Source of the DNA: a virus
Lineage: Duplodnaviria > Caudoviricetes
Reading direction: 5' to 3' (one strand)
Virus record (IMG/VR): IMGVR_UViG_3300022206_000008
Location: 1-24,240 of that record
DNA length: 24,240 bases
The notes beneath the pieces are model-generated. The model worked only from the letters and a program-made list of their open reading frames with translations. It was not told where the DNA came from and ran no database searches. The translations under genes and the position numbers were made by a program. Below, one piece after another: positions 14,999 to 23,282 of the stretch; within the stretch, counting starts at the first letter, position 1, and every line of letters begins with the position of its first letter.

Positions 14999-15639
14999 AG
15001 GTTGAAACCCTCCTCCGTATCAATGATCTGTGAGGCAAGTGAGAAGTGGCGGCGTACAAAGTACTGGTACGCCTTCTCAGGTCCCCAGGGTTTGATCTTG
15101 GGTCGCCGGGGATCAGGGAGATCCCCCCACGAGAACTCCGTCTGGTTCTTCGGAAGCAAGTCACGAACTTCGGTCGCCAGGGCGATGAAGTCGTACTGCT
15201 TTGTCAGCTTCTCCAGTTCCTCGGTCATCTCGAAATACAGAGCGGTGTTGACCACAGTCTCGATCTTATGTAGGAACGGCCTGAGTTCGGGGACGCAGTA
15301 CTTTACCTGTGAGATAATATCCCCGGTGTACGCTTCCGCACTGTCATGGTGCAGCCCCGCATAACACTCCAGCGGGGTGCAACCGTCCTCCTCCATCCAG
15401 ACTGATATGCGCGTTGCGTGCTCCGCGACAGTGTAGAGGGGCAGGAAGTCCTTGAAGTGTCCGTTGAACCGACACTGGTGTGAGATTGCCATGGCAATGT
15501 CACTAAACCGAACTTCACAGACGCGGGGGTCCGCAAGGAAGAACGCGCTACCGCTCGCTGTCTGCTGCCACGGACCCCTTTCCGTCACTTGCTGCTTCAG
15601 TCGCGCGTACGTCGGCATCTCCGGTTGCGCCAATAGCAT
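14995..15639 (-). CDS. HD-domain 5'-deoxynucleotidase, YfdR/YfbR-like
   Basis: QTASG, DIAMAISHQCRFNGH, YTVAEH, GLHHDSAEAYTGDI..QVK and D...LATE.RDL motifs; GGAGG SD. Confidence 0.85.
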   Translation of the reverse strand: MLLAQPEMPTYARLKQQVTERGPWQQTASGSAFFLADPRVCEVRFSDIAMAISHQCRFNGHFKDFLPLYTVAEHATRISVWMEEDGCTPLECYAGLHHDSAEAYTGDIISQVKYCVPELRPFLHKIETVVNTALYFEMTEELEKLTKQYDFIALATEVRDLLPKNQTEFSWGDLPDPRRPKIKPWGPEKAYQYFVRRHFSLASQIIDTEEGFNL

Positions 15640-15766
15640 CCAAAATCCTCCTGATTGCGGGGTCCCACACGTACCGGCCCGCCTTGTGGCGAGCCAGTTG
15701 TGCGGCGCGTTGCTTCCCGATGCGACGGTGCATCGTGAGCAGGTGTGGTTTGGCGAAGGGTCTCAT
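15548..15766 (-). CDS. Small basic hypothetical protein
   Basis: ATG 15766 is in ATGA overlap with the exonuclease stop. 72 aa; fills the gap but overlaps the HD gene by 92 nt. Confidence 0.45.
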   Translation of the reverse strand: MRPFAKPHLLTMHRRIGKQRAAQLARHKAGRYVWDPAIRRILDAIGATGDADVRATEAASDGKGSVAADSER

Positions 15767-16686
15767 GTGACGAGTTCCCAAGTCTCTTTAGGCGCCTCAG
15801 GGTGCCACAACTTGACCATGGGCGTGCGGCCTGTGCTTCCACTATGTATCGCGTACTCACCGGCCCGCAGGATACGAGCACAGCGCGCGTTCATCAAGAA
15901 CTCCTGGTAAATCGCGTCAGCGATGACCGCAGGGTCCTTCTGATTGATCGCAGCCTCGTGGACCCACAGATCGTGGTACCTCGACAGCTTCGTGGAGGCG
16001 CGGAACGCCGCGAGCGCTCCGTCGATGTTCTTCTCCAGGCCGGCAAACCGACTGATGAAGGTCTCCGCCTTCTTCGCCCCGATCCCCGGAGCACCCTTGA
16101 AGTTGTCGACGCTGTCGCCCATGACAGTCTGGAACATCCAGTGGTAGTCAGCCTCGTCGGGTTGGATGCGGCCCATCCGCTCGATCTTCCAGTGATCCTC
16201 CGCCTTGGCGCCCATCGGCGCGGGCTTCGACCGGAGCCAGCAGATGCGGCCGGGCACCGTTAGCATGTCCTTGTCCATCGTGACCATCGTGTACTTGAGG
16301 CCGTCTTCACCAGTGGCAATGATACCCATAGTGTCGTCGCCCTCCAGACCCGGCAGGAACTTGTTCGGGAACTCATTCTCCAGGCAGGTCTTCACGTAGT
16401 CGTGCAGCATGGGCCGCTCCGCTGTGCGGTTGGCCTTGTAATGCGGATGGACGTTGAACCGGAATGACGCCTTCTCGTTACTCCGGTCGGAGAACACGAG
16501 GAGCGTTCGCTTACACTTCGCCATCTTGGTCCACGTCTTGACCAGCTTGAACGCCGTGTCCCGCGCTTGCTCCTGCGACAAGTTCGTCGTTGCCTCACCG
16601 TCACCGTCCCAATCGATCTCCTCCTGGGCGGCGGCGGCGAGGCGATAGCAGAAAATGTCGCCGTCGATCAGTGCGACATTGCTCAT
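15763..16686 (-). CDS. gp6: 5'-3' exonuclease, T7 gp6-like
   Basis: ALIDGDI, FR..V.P.YKANR, LEGDD.MGI, DKDM.TVPG and GDSVDNFKGAPGIG (H3TH) motifs. Start ATG 16686 in ATGA overlap; 307 aa. Confidence 0.93.
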   Translation of the reverse strand: MSNVALIDGDIFCYRLAAAAQEEIDWDGDGEATTNLSQEQARDTAFKLVKTWTKMAKCKRTLLVFSDRSNEKASFRFNVHPHYKANRTAERPMLHDYVKTCLENEFPNKFLPGLEGDDTMGIIATGEDGLKYTMVTMDKDMLTVPGRICWLRSKPAPMGAKAEDHWKIERMGRIQPDEADYHWMFQTVMGDSVDNFKGAPGIGAKKAETFISRFAGLEKNIDGALAAFRASTKLSRYHDLWVHEAAINQKDPAVIADAIYQEFLMNARCARILRAGEYAIHSGSTGRTPMVKLWHPEAPKETWELVT

Positions 16687-17111
16687 GCGTGAGTGCCTTT
16701 CGAAATCATCGCGTTGAAATCGGGCCACCCGATGAAGGGGTACTCGATCAGGTTACCCATGGTGTCCCGGCCGCTGAAGATCAACATCGTGTCACCTTCG
16801 TGGTCAACGGTGCTCGCGTGGATTTTGTCGATGATGACCGACCACATGTTACGACCAATGGTCTCGCACGCCGGGAACGCCCGCGCGTCGAGTGCACCCT
16901 TCTCCAGAATGGAGAACAGGGTGACCGCGCTGTCCATGTCCTTACACCAGACGACGACGTGAACCGTGTCACCCGGCGCCCACTGAACCTCCGCTGCGTC
17001 CGCGTACTTGAGGCCGGCGATCAGCAGCAGGCTGAGGGCGAAGATGACCAGAAGCAATCGGACCAGATAGCCGATGGCGGTCTCTGTGAATTCCAAAATC
17101 TTTCGCAACAT
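16683..17111 (-). CDS. Hypothetical exported/membrane-anchored protein
   Basis: ATG 17111 follows AGGAGG. 142 aa with hydrophobic LLLVIFALSLLLIAGL followed by ADA|AE (AxA signal peptidase-like site) and two Cys in the mature part. Confidence 0.7.
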   Translation of the reverse strand: MLRKILEFTETAIGYLVRLLLVIFALSLLLIAGLKYADAAEVQWAPGDTVHVVVWCKDMDSAVTLFSILEKGALDARAFPACETIGRNMWSVIIDKIHASTVDHEGDTMLIFSGRDTMGNLIEYPFIGWPDFNAMISKGTHA

Positions 17112-17119
17112 GTTTCCTC

Positions 17120-19033
17120 CTAGTGTGTTTCCGCCCAGGTGTTCCCAATCTTGTACTCGCCCGAGATGGGACAGCGGAAGTTGAGCATCTTGCCGGCGAG
17201 GGGCACGCAGTCGGTCAGCACTTCTCCAACTGTCTCCGCGCACTCAGGCAGGGCGCTATACTGTACTTCGTCGTGGACCCACATGCGGAGCCCGTAGTCG
17301 CGATCCTCCACGAGCCCGGCCTTCGCCATCTCCTCGTTGGCGATTGCCATGACTTGTTTCATGATGATGATGCCCGCGCTCTGAAGGATCAAGTTCAGCG
17401 CAGAGTGCGACGACCGGACCCACAGCGTGCGCCCGTCAAGGCCACGCAGTTTGCCCTGCGTCCGCGCCCGCCCCTGAACAGTGTAGTTCAGCTTGCCGGC
17501 ACCGGTCCAGGTACTCTCCAAGATGGCGCGCGCTGCGACACCGACCGCCGTGTTCGACGGACGCTTCTTGCCGAGGGGCACGCCAAGCTTCTCGTAGTCG
17601 ATCTGTTTCCCGAACTGGTACGCGTTCTGGAACAGGATCAGGCCCAGCTTGGCGTCGCCGGCCCCGTAGAGCCAACCGTACTCGCCGCGCTTGGTGTTGT
17701 CCCGCGCTTTCTTGAACGGTTTCGTACCGGGTTCGAGCCCCAGGTCCATGCCGAGAGCCAGCATCATCTTCGTGTGCACGTCACCCTGGATCAGTTCGTT
17801 CGCGAACTCCCCATTGTCGTAGGGCCAGAGGTAGTGCGCGAGGCACCGTAACTCGATGCCCGACAGGTCCATGCCGACCAGCTTGTGTCCCTTGGGAGCG
17901 ATCCACGCGGTACGCATGTCGGTGTCGGTGTTCACTTGCTGAATGTTCGGCGAGGAACACGACGGGCGCCCCGTGATCGCCTTCAGGTGGTTCAGGTTAG
18001 CGTGTACAAGTCCCGCATCTGTGACGTGATGCAGCCAGCCTCCCCCCGTGCCGTTCTTCTTCGGAGCGCAGTTGATCTGGCTGATCTTGTCAGCAAGCTT
18101 GAGGTAGTCAGCGAGGTTCTCGGCGACGGGGATTTGTGGGGCGATATCCCGCAGGATTTCCTCTTTGACCTGCGGCTTGCCACCTTCGGTGAAAGCCGTA
18201 GGCTTCCAACCATAGCGTCGCTGCAAGCGCTGTGCAATCTGTACTCGGGATGTTGGTCTGAACTGTTGAACCTCGACCGGCGTGAAGGGCACGCCAGGGT
18301 CAAGCAGACCGCGCATCGGGTGGTTCTTGTTGATGACCTTGAGCACTTTACCGCCCGCCGGAGTGCCCGTCTTTGGTACGAGTATCGGCGGAAATAGCGC
18401 TTGTAGATCACGTTCGACCTCCTCGTTTTCCGCCATCAAGTTCGACAGCAGTTCCCTGGTGTAGGACACGTCGAGCGGCCATCCCCGGTCTACTGCCTTG
18501 CGACACTCCCAGGCCGACACGTGCTCCAACTCGACGGCTTTCGGCATCAGTTCAAGCATGGGCCACAGGCGCTGCGCCAGCAGGTCCGTGATCTCCACGT
18601 CGATAGCACACCGATGTTCCATCGGGTAGGACCAGCGCGTCCAATCATTGTGCTCGACCTTCTCGACGCCGAGGCGGTCGCCCCAGGTCTCCAGTGCGTG
18701 TGGGCGGAGGCCGGGTCGCTCTGGCTTGCCCAGCTTGGACAGGACCAGCGCGTCGATGACCTGCGTGCAGTCGATCTCAATGTCCGGGTGGACTATCGCT
18801 GCGGCCTTCAGGTCGTAGCCGAGGCCGTTGTGGAACACGACCTTCCGCTTCGCCTTCGTTGCCGCCGCAATGCTCTTGAGCCCGTCGCGGACGGTGCCCG
18901 CAGCGTTCGGGCACGCGTCGTTGTAAGAGAGGGGAGTTTCTGTGCTCCCCATCTCTTTCATGCTGACTTGCCAGATCGTCGTGATGGTATCGAGAAGGCC
19001 GTTTGCCTCCAGGTCGGCGATCAGTGGCTTCAT
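17120..19033 (-). CDS. gp5: DNA polymerase, family A, T7 gp5-like with 3'-5' exonuclease domain
   Basis: ExoI DLEANG, ExoII FHNGLGYD, motif A DLSGIELRCLAHY, motif B R...K...YG..YG (Tyr at the 762-equivalent site) and motif C VHDE. ATG 19033 follows GGAGG; 637 aa. Confidence 0.96.
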   Translation of the reverse strand: MKPLIADLEANGLLDTITTIWQVSMKEMGSTETPLSYNDACPNAAGTVRDGLKSIAAATKAKRKVVFHNGLGYDLKAAAIVHPDIEIDCTQVIDALVLSKLGKPERPGLRPHALETWGDRLGVEKVEHNDWTRWSYPMEHRCAIDVEITDLLAQRLWPMLELMPKAVELEHVSAWECRKAVDRGWPLDVSYTRELLSNLMAENEEVERDLQALFPPILVPKTGTPAGGKVLKVINKNHPMRGLLDPGVPFTPVEVQQFRPTSRVQIAQRLQRRYGWKPTAFTEGGKPQVKEEILRDIAPQIPVAENLADYLKLADKISQINCAPKKNGTGGGWLHHVTDAGLVHANLNHLKAITGRPSCSSPNIQQVNTDTDMRTAWIAPKGHKLVGMDLSGIELRCLAHYLWPYDNGEFANELIQGDVHTKMMLALGMDLGLEPGTKPFKKARDNTKRGEYGWLYGAGDAKLGLILFQNAYQFGKQIDYEKLGVPLGKKRPSNTAVGVAARAILESTWTGAGKLNYTVQGRARTQGKLRGLDGRTLWVRSSHSALNLILQSAGIIIMKQVMAIANEEMAKAGLVEDRDYGLRMWVHDEVQYSALPECAETVGEVLTDCVPLAGKMLNFRCPISGEYKIGNTWAETH

Positions 19034-19034
19034 G

Positions 19035-20219
19035 CTATCCTCCAAGCATCTCCGGGTTCACGCTGTTGCGGGACACTTCGCCGAACTCCCGGTGCAGGGT
19101 GATCGACTTCATGCTCCGCTTCGAACGGTATCCCTTCTGTGAGTGCCACGCGTCCTGCGCGGCCAGCACTTGGAAGGTCTCGACGGTGGCGCCGACGTAA
19201 TCCTTCGTGCCGAGTTTCTGCGAGTGATGCACGTGGCCCACCCAAACGTAGCGATGCTCTGTCGCGCCCCACATCTCGGGAACGTCAGTCGCCATGATCA
19301 GCGGCAGGTCGGGAAGCTTCGCGCCGTGTCCGTGGTGCGTGCCCACCAACACCTTCCCGAACTGGAAGTAGTGGTAGTGGCGTGGTGACGTGTCGATGGT
19401 GAGCCGGGGCTCGTTCTCGTACACAGCGCGCAGGCACTCCATCATGAAGATGGACGAGTACAGGTCGTGGTTCCCCACTTCGATGATCAGGTGGACCTTC
19501 TCATGGTGCTCCAGCGCACGGTCGATGGTGTACCGGATGGTTCGGATGGCAGCGCGGATCATCTGCGGGAACCGCGTATCACTGTCTAGCATGTTGCCGC
19601 CAGTCGGCGTGACCGGGAACTGTCCATCGTAGTGTAGGAAGTCACCCAGCACAGCGATCAGAGCGTGAGCGGCGCGCGGGGCAGAGCACACGAGATAGTC
19701 CATCGCATCGCGTAGAAGCTTCTCCGCGATCTTCAGGTCGTAGTCCCCGTTGGCGCACTCTTTGCCCCAGGCCAGCATCCCCATGTGCTGGTCCCCAATC
19801 GGATAGGACACGCACAAGTCCTGGTCAAACCAGCCCGGCTGGATCCTGATCGGTGATGCCGGCGGGATGGTCTGCGTCAACTCGTCGGCCAGCGTGCGCC
19901 ACGCCAGTTCCTTCTCGGCGTCTTCGGGCTTCTCCTGAACCCACTGGGCGCGAAGTTCCCCATTGGGGCCGCGCATGGTGCTGACCTTCGTGACCCGCAT
20001 ACCCTCGGGCGCCGGGTGCGTCAGTCCGTACTCGGGGGAGTAGCCCCGCGCCACAGCTTTCTCTTTGACCCGGCGGAATGCAACACGGATGGCAGCAGTC
20101 TTACAGCCCAAGGCACACGCTGCTTTAGCCACGCTACCGCAGTTCCACGTCGCCTCCAGGCGTTCCCACTGCGTCTCGGTGGCGAACTCGCGAAGGCGTT
20201 CGTCTCTTTCGTATTTCAT
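19035..20219 (-). CDS. Calcineurin-like metallophosphoesterase with N-terminal HTH-like segment
   Basis: All five motifs are present: GDQH, GDFLH, GNHD, HHGH, GHVHH. The N-terminal GSVAKAACALG...AI resembles an HTH. AGGAG SD. Confidence 0.82.
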   Translation of the reverse strand: MKYERDERLREFATETQWERLEATWNCGSVAKAACALGCKTAAIRVAFRRVKEKAVARGYSPEYGLTHPAPEGMRVTKVSTMRGPNGELRAQWVQEKPEDAEKELAWRTLADELTQTIPPASPIRIQPGWFDQDLCVSYPIGDQHMGMLAWGKECANGDYDLKIAEKLLRDAMDYLVCSAPRAAHALIAVLGDFLHYDGQFPVTPTGGNMLDSDTRFPQMIRAAIRTIRYTIDRALEHHEKVHLIIEVGNHDLYSSIFMMECLRAVYENEPRLTIDTSPRHYHYFQFGKVLVGTHHGHGAKLPDLPLIMATDVPEMWGATEHRYVWVGHVHHSQKLGTKDYVGATVETFQVLAAQDAWHSQKGYRSKRSMKSITLHREFGEVSRNSVNPEMLGG

Positions 20220-20231
20220 GCTGTCTCCTGA

Positions 20232-21848
20232 TCAAAAGTCTTGCGAGGGGTCGTCAACTCCTCCAGTCGGTTCACTCTCCTCCCATTCGAGGAGGCGCCC
20301 TGTCTCGTTGTTGTACCGCAGCGTGCCAGCGGGACCCGTCGAGCCAGCGTAGCGGTTCTTGAGTACGCGTAACAGCGTCGTGTTACGTTCATCTTCGTCG
20401 TCGGCTTGGCTGTCCCGCTCCATGGCGATCACGGCGTCAGACAACTGCGCGATGGACTGTGATCCGCGTAACAGGGAGAGGTTGATCTTCCCCCCATTCT
20501 CAATGGGTTTGCCGTCAGCCCGCTTCAGGTGCGAGATGACATGGATAGTTGCGTCCGTCTCCTGGCAGAGGGAGCGCAGTGTAGTCATGATCTTGTCGAG
20601 CGTACGCCGCTCGTCCTGCTCCAGGTCATTCCCACTCACCACGAGTGACACATGATCGAGGATGATGACCTTGCAGTCGAGCGCCTTGACCATGTACCGA
20701 ATACGCCCGATCAACACGTCTTCGTCGAGCGAGCCGAAGTGATCGTAGACCTCGATGCGGCGTGTGCCAATAGTCTTGTCCCACGCGGCGTCAAACTCCT
20801 CGTCGGAGTACTCAGTGCCGGGCAGGTGGATCGGCTTGTTCAGTTCAATAGAGATGACGCGCTTGCCAGCGCGGTCAGGCCCCTCCTCCAGGTACACGAT
20901 GCCCGCCTTCTTCTCCTGCGCGGTGATCAGGTCGTGCAGCAACTCAGACACGGCAGTCGTCTTGCCAGCGCCCGTGCCTGCACACCACGTGATCAACTCC
21001 GCGCCCCGGTAGCCGAACAGCAACTTGTTCAGTCCGGTCCACGGATAGGGGATACCCATCTCCAGGCGGGTGCGTACGCGTTCCTTCAAGTCAGCGAGAT
21101 TGATCACCCCGTCAGGGCGGTACTCTTTCGCAGACCACAGCGCGTCGCGCAGTCCCTTCTTGCCCATGTGCTTGAGCGCTTCACCCGCGTCCTTGTAGCC
21201 GCCCAGGTCCGCGATGGCGACCTTGCCCGGCGAGAACAGATCAACGCACTGGTCAGTCGCCTTGCGCCCGTCTTCGTCGGCGTCGAACGCCAACACGATC
21301 TTGTCGTACGTCTCAAGGAACTCCAGGTTCTTCTTCAGCGAGGCGAGCGCCCCGCTGGCCCCGTTAGGCACGGACACGCAGGGCCACGACAGACCCATGG
21401 CGTCGCACGCGGCGAGCGCGTCCACTTCACCCTCAGTGATGACCAGCATCTTCCCGCCCTTCCGGCACAACTGCATGCCGAACAGACCGGCGCGGCTAAT
21501 GTCCCCCGTAATCGTGAACTCTTTGCCGGGCAGACGCACCTTCTGTGCGACGATCTGCCCACGCTCGTCGTAGTACGGGGCGACTTGACACTTGCTTCCG
21601 TTGTACTCGCCGATGCCATAGCCGTACTTGCGGCACACTTCCTGCGAAATGTCGCGGGCGTCGAGCGGGATGTAGTCGAGGTTGGTGAGCAGCGGCTGTC
21701 CCTTCGGAGGCTCGACGGTCTTCCCACCGGGCGCCTTGGTGATGCCGCAGGAGAAGCAGATGGACACCCCGCTCTCCGCGTAGGTAGCGCGCGCGTCACT
21801 GCTTCCACAATCGTCGCATGGCTGGTGGACTTCACTGTATTGGCTCAT
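20232..21848 (-). CDS. gp4: DNA primase/helicase, T7 gp4-like
   Basis: Zn finger CDDCGSSDA...CFSC, TOPRIM ITEGEVDAL / SVPNGA / FDAD..G, Walker A AGTGAGKTT, IILDH, ISHL.R, LRGS.SIAQLSD and VLKNR motifs. ATG 21848 in ATGA overlap; 538 aa. Confidence 0.96.
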   Translation of the reverse strand: MSQYSEVHQPCDDCGSSDARATYAESGVSICFSCGITKAPGGKTVEPPKGQPLLTNLDYIPLDARDISQEVCRKYGYGIGEYNGSKCQVAPYYDERGQIVAQKVRLPGKEFTITGDISRAGLFGMQLCRKGGKMLVITEGEVDALAACDAMGLSWPCVSVPNGASGALASLKKNLEFLETYDKIVLAFDADEDGRKATDQCVDLFSPGKVAIADLGGYKDAGEALKHMGKKGLRDALWSAKEYRPDGVINLADLKERVRTRLEMGIPYPWTGLNKLLFGYRGAELITWCAGTGAGKTTAVSELLHDLITAQEKKAGIVYLEEGPDRAGKRVISIELNKPIHLPGTEYSDEEFDAAWDKTIGTRRIEVYDHFGSLDEDVLIGRIRYMVKALDCKVIILDHVSLVVSGNDLEQDERRTLDKIMTTLRSLCQETDATIHVISHLKRADGKPIENGGKINLSLLRGSQSIAQLSDAVIAMERDSQADDEDERNTTLLRVLKNRYAGSTGPAGTLRYNNETGRLLEWEESEPTGGVDDPSQDF

Positions 21849-22126
21849 GTGTGTACATCCCTCCAGAGTGAGTTCGCGTTCGCCAACATCCACATTTCGT
21901 TCATCCGGTCAGCGAGCATCGACAGCGGGGCGTTGTTCCGGCGTAGCCACTTCACGAAGGCTTCTGCCTCCGCGCACGTCAGGCGCATGATGTATCCATG
22001 TTTGTGGGGTTCGCGATAGTGCTCCAGGTCTTTCCCGTCGAAGTACCGACTAGCGGTGTGCTCGACGAAGATGGTGAAGCCGCTACCGTCCGAGTTCAGG
22101 CGCGCGAGGGCATAGCCTTGGGTCAT
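21845..22126 (-). CDS. Hypothetical protein
   Basis: 93 aa from ATG 22126 (MTQGYALARLNSDG...), GGAGGAG SD, ATGA overlaps at both ends. Confidence 0.7.
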   Translation of the reverse strand: MTQGYALARLNSDGSGFTIFVEHTASRYFDGKDLEHYREPHKHGYIMRLTCAEAEAFVKWLRRNNAPLSMLADRMNEMWMLANANSLWRDVHT

Positions 22127-22641
22127 GTAGTAAACTCCTCCAGACTGATCGTGTCCTCCTGGTCGAGCGCGTCTTCCGACACATGCGGCGTGACCCACAG
22201 CGCACCCCAATCGAGCCGCGACAACTCGGTCGTGGCCTCCAGGTACGTGTGCGGCACTTCGTCTTCGTCGGCGTAGCGCTTGCCCGCGATCAACACGACG
22301 ACCTGCTTGTCGTCCTGCCAGATGATCTGTTCCTTGGTCACGGCGTCGAGGATGCCCTTCGCGAAGTTGTCCACGTCACCGACCGGGAAGTCGTTGGCGG
22401 GGTTCTTCGGCTTGTGGCACACAGCTACGCACAGCACGAACATGGGGGCGGAGACGGGGAAGTAGGCGTCAAGGCTCGCCATCGCAGCAGCAGCGTCGTA
22501 CATCCATTGCTTCGTCCGCTTCGGATAGTACGTGCCCCACTTCGACACTTTCGGGCGGGCCTTGGGGACGGGTGCGACCGGCAGCACCAATTGCCACCGG
22601 TCGTCCGTCGCGCGGAACTGCGCTAGATCAGAAGTCGCCAT
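22123..22641 (-). CDS. rusA: RusA-family Holliday junction resolvase
   Basis: PVPKARP, DVDNFAKGILDA (DxDNxxKxxxD) and IWQDDKQVV motifs. Likely start ATG 22641 overlaps the SSB end; 172 aa. Confidence 0.88.
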   Translation of the reverse strand: MATSDLAQFRATDDRWQLVLPVAPVPKARPKVSKWGTYYPKRTKQWMYDAAAAMASLDAYFPVSAPMFVLCVAVCHKPKNPANDFPVGDVDNFAKGILDAVTKEQIIWQDDKQVVVLIAGKRYADEDEVPHTYLEATTELSRLDWGALWVTPHVSEDALDQEDTISLEEFTT

Positions 22642-23230
22642 TGCCCGCAGGCGGCGCTTCGTCGTCGCCACTGGAACCGCCGGCATCCTCCGGCGTTTCG
22701 AAGCCATCCTCCTCACCGAACGCAGCGGCGGCGGCGGCACCGAGGCCCTCACCCGCCCGCTTGTCGATGACCTGGATTGCGGCCATTCGGAGGGACAAGC
22801 CCTGGGTCGCCCCAGTGTCGTACTCGTTGCGCTGAAAGGCGATCTTCACGAGGTCGCCCGACGACACCTTCACGTCCCCCGTGAGAGGGCGCTTCTTGGC
22901 ATCGACAACGTTGGGCTTGTACTGCGACTTGAAGTTTACGAGCCATGCGTTGGCGAAGTCTTCCTTCGCCTTCCCGTCCTTGTCCTTCATCTTGTCGCCG
23001 TCCTTGACGGGCGAGTTCTTCTTCGAACCCTCCATCTTATCGACGTGGATGGCGTGCAACTCCATTGCCCACGCTGCGTGCGGGCCGTCTTTGTCGACGA
23101 TGAGCGAGCCCTTGTAGCGCCCGTCGTCCTCGGTCTTGGCGAACTTGGTATCCTTCTTGTAAATCCAAGCGTATGCCAGCACTCCCTCGGGACTGATCTC
23201 GATGGGGACGCGCTTCTTCTGTTCAGCCAT
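22628..23230 (-). CDS. gp2.5: Single-stranded DNA-binding protein, T7 gp2.5-like
   Basis: SPEG..AYAWI.K.DTKF, P.KDGD, F...KS..KP.VVDA and G.SLR..A.QVI motifs, with an acidic tail ending in DF. ATG 23230 has a GGAG SD (the ORF track starts at 23245). Confidence 0.9.
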   Translation of the reverse strand: MAEQKKRVPIEISPEGVLAYAWIYKKDTKFAKTEDDGRYKGSLIVDKDGPHAAWAMELHAIHVDKMEGSKKNSPVKDGDKMKDKDGKAKEDFANAWLVNFKSQYKPNVVDAKKRPLTGDVKVSSGDLVKIAFQRNEYDTGATQGLSLRMAAIQVIDKRAGEGLGAAAAAAFGEEDGFETPEDAGGSSGDDEAPPAGNGDF

Positions 23231-23250
23231 GTAGTGTTGCTCCATTTTGC

Positions 23251-23282
23251 TATCGGTAAGGTCGGCAGAGGGGGCCTTTTGG
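23251..23282 (-). promoter_or_regulatory. Candidate phage RNAP promoter, middle copy (upstream of SSB)
   Basis: CCAAAAGGCCCCCTCTGCC-GACCTT-ACCGATA starts right after the RNAP stop and is repeated at 13991-14023. Confidence 0.75.

Noticed and set aside
14627-19033. Definite 2-aminoadenine (Z)-genome system
   Set aside because: No purZ is in the window and the HD protein is YfdR-type. Kept only as a hedged finding.
20652-22019. Long plus-strand ORFs (e.g. 455 aa here, also 1082-2131, 2135-3085, 11632-12699, 22532-23512)
   Set aside because: They are antisense shadows of well-supported minus-strand genes, expected with high GC3 codon bias. They have no recognisable motifs.
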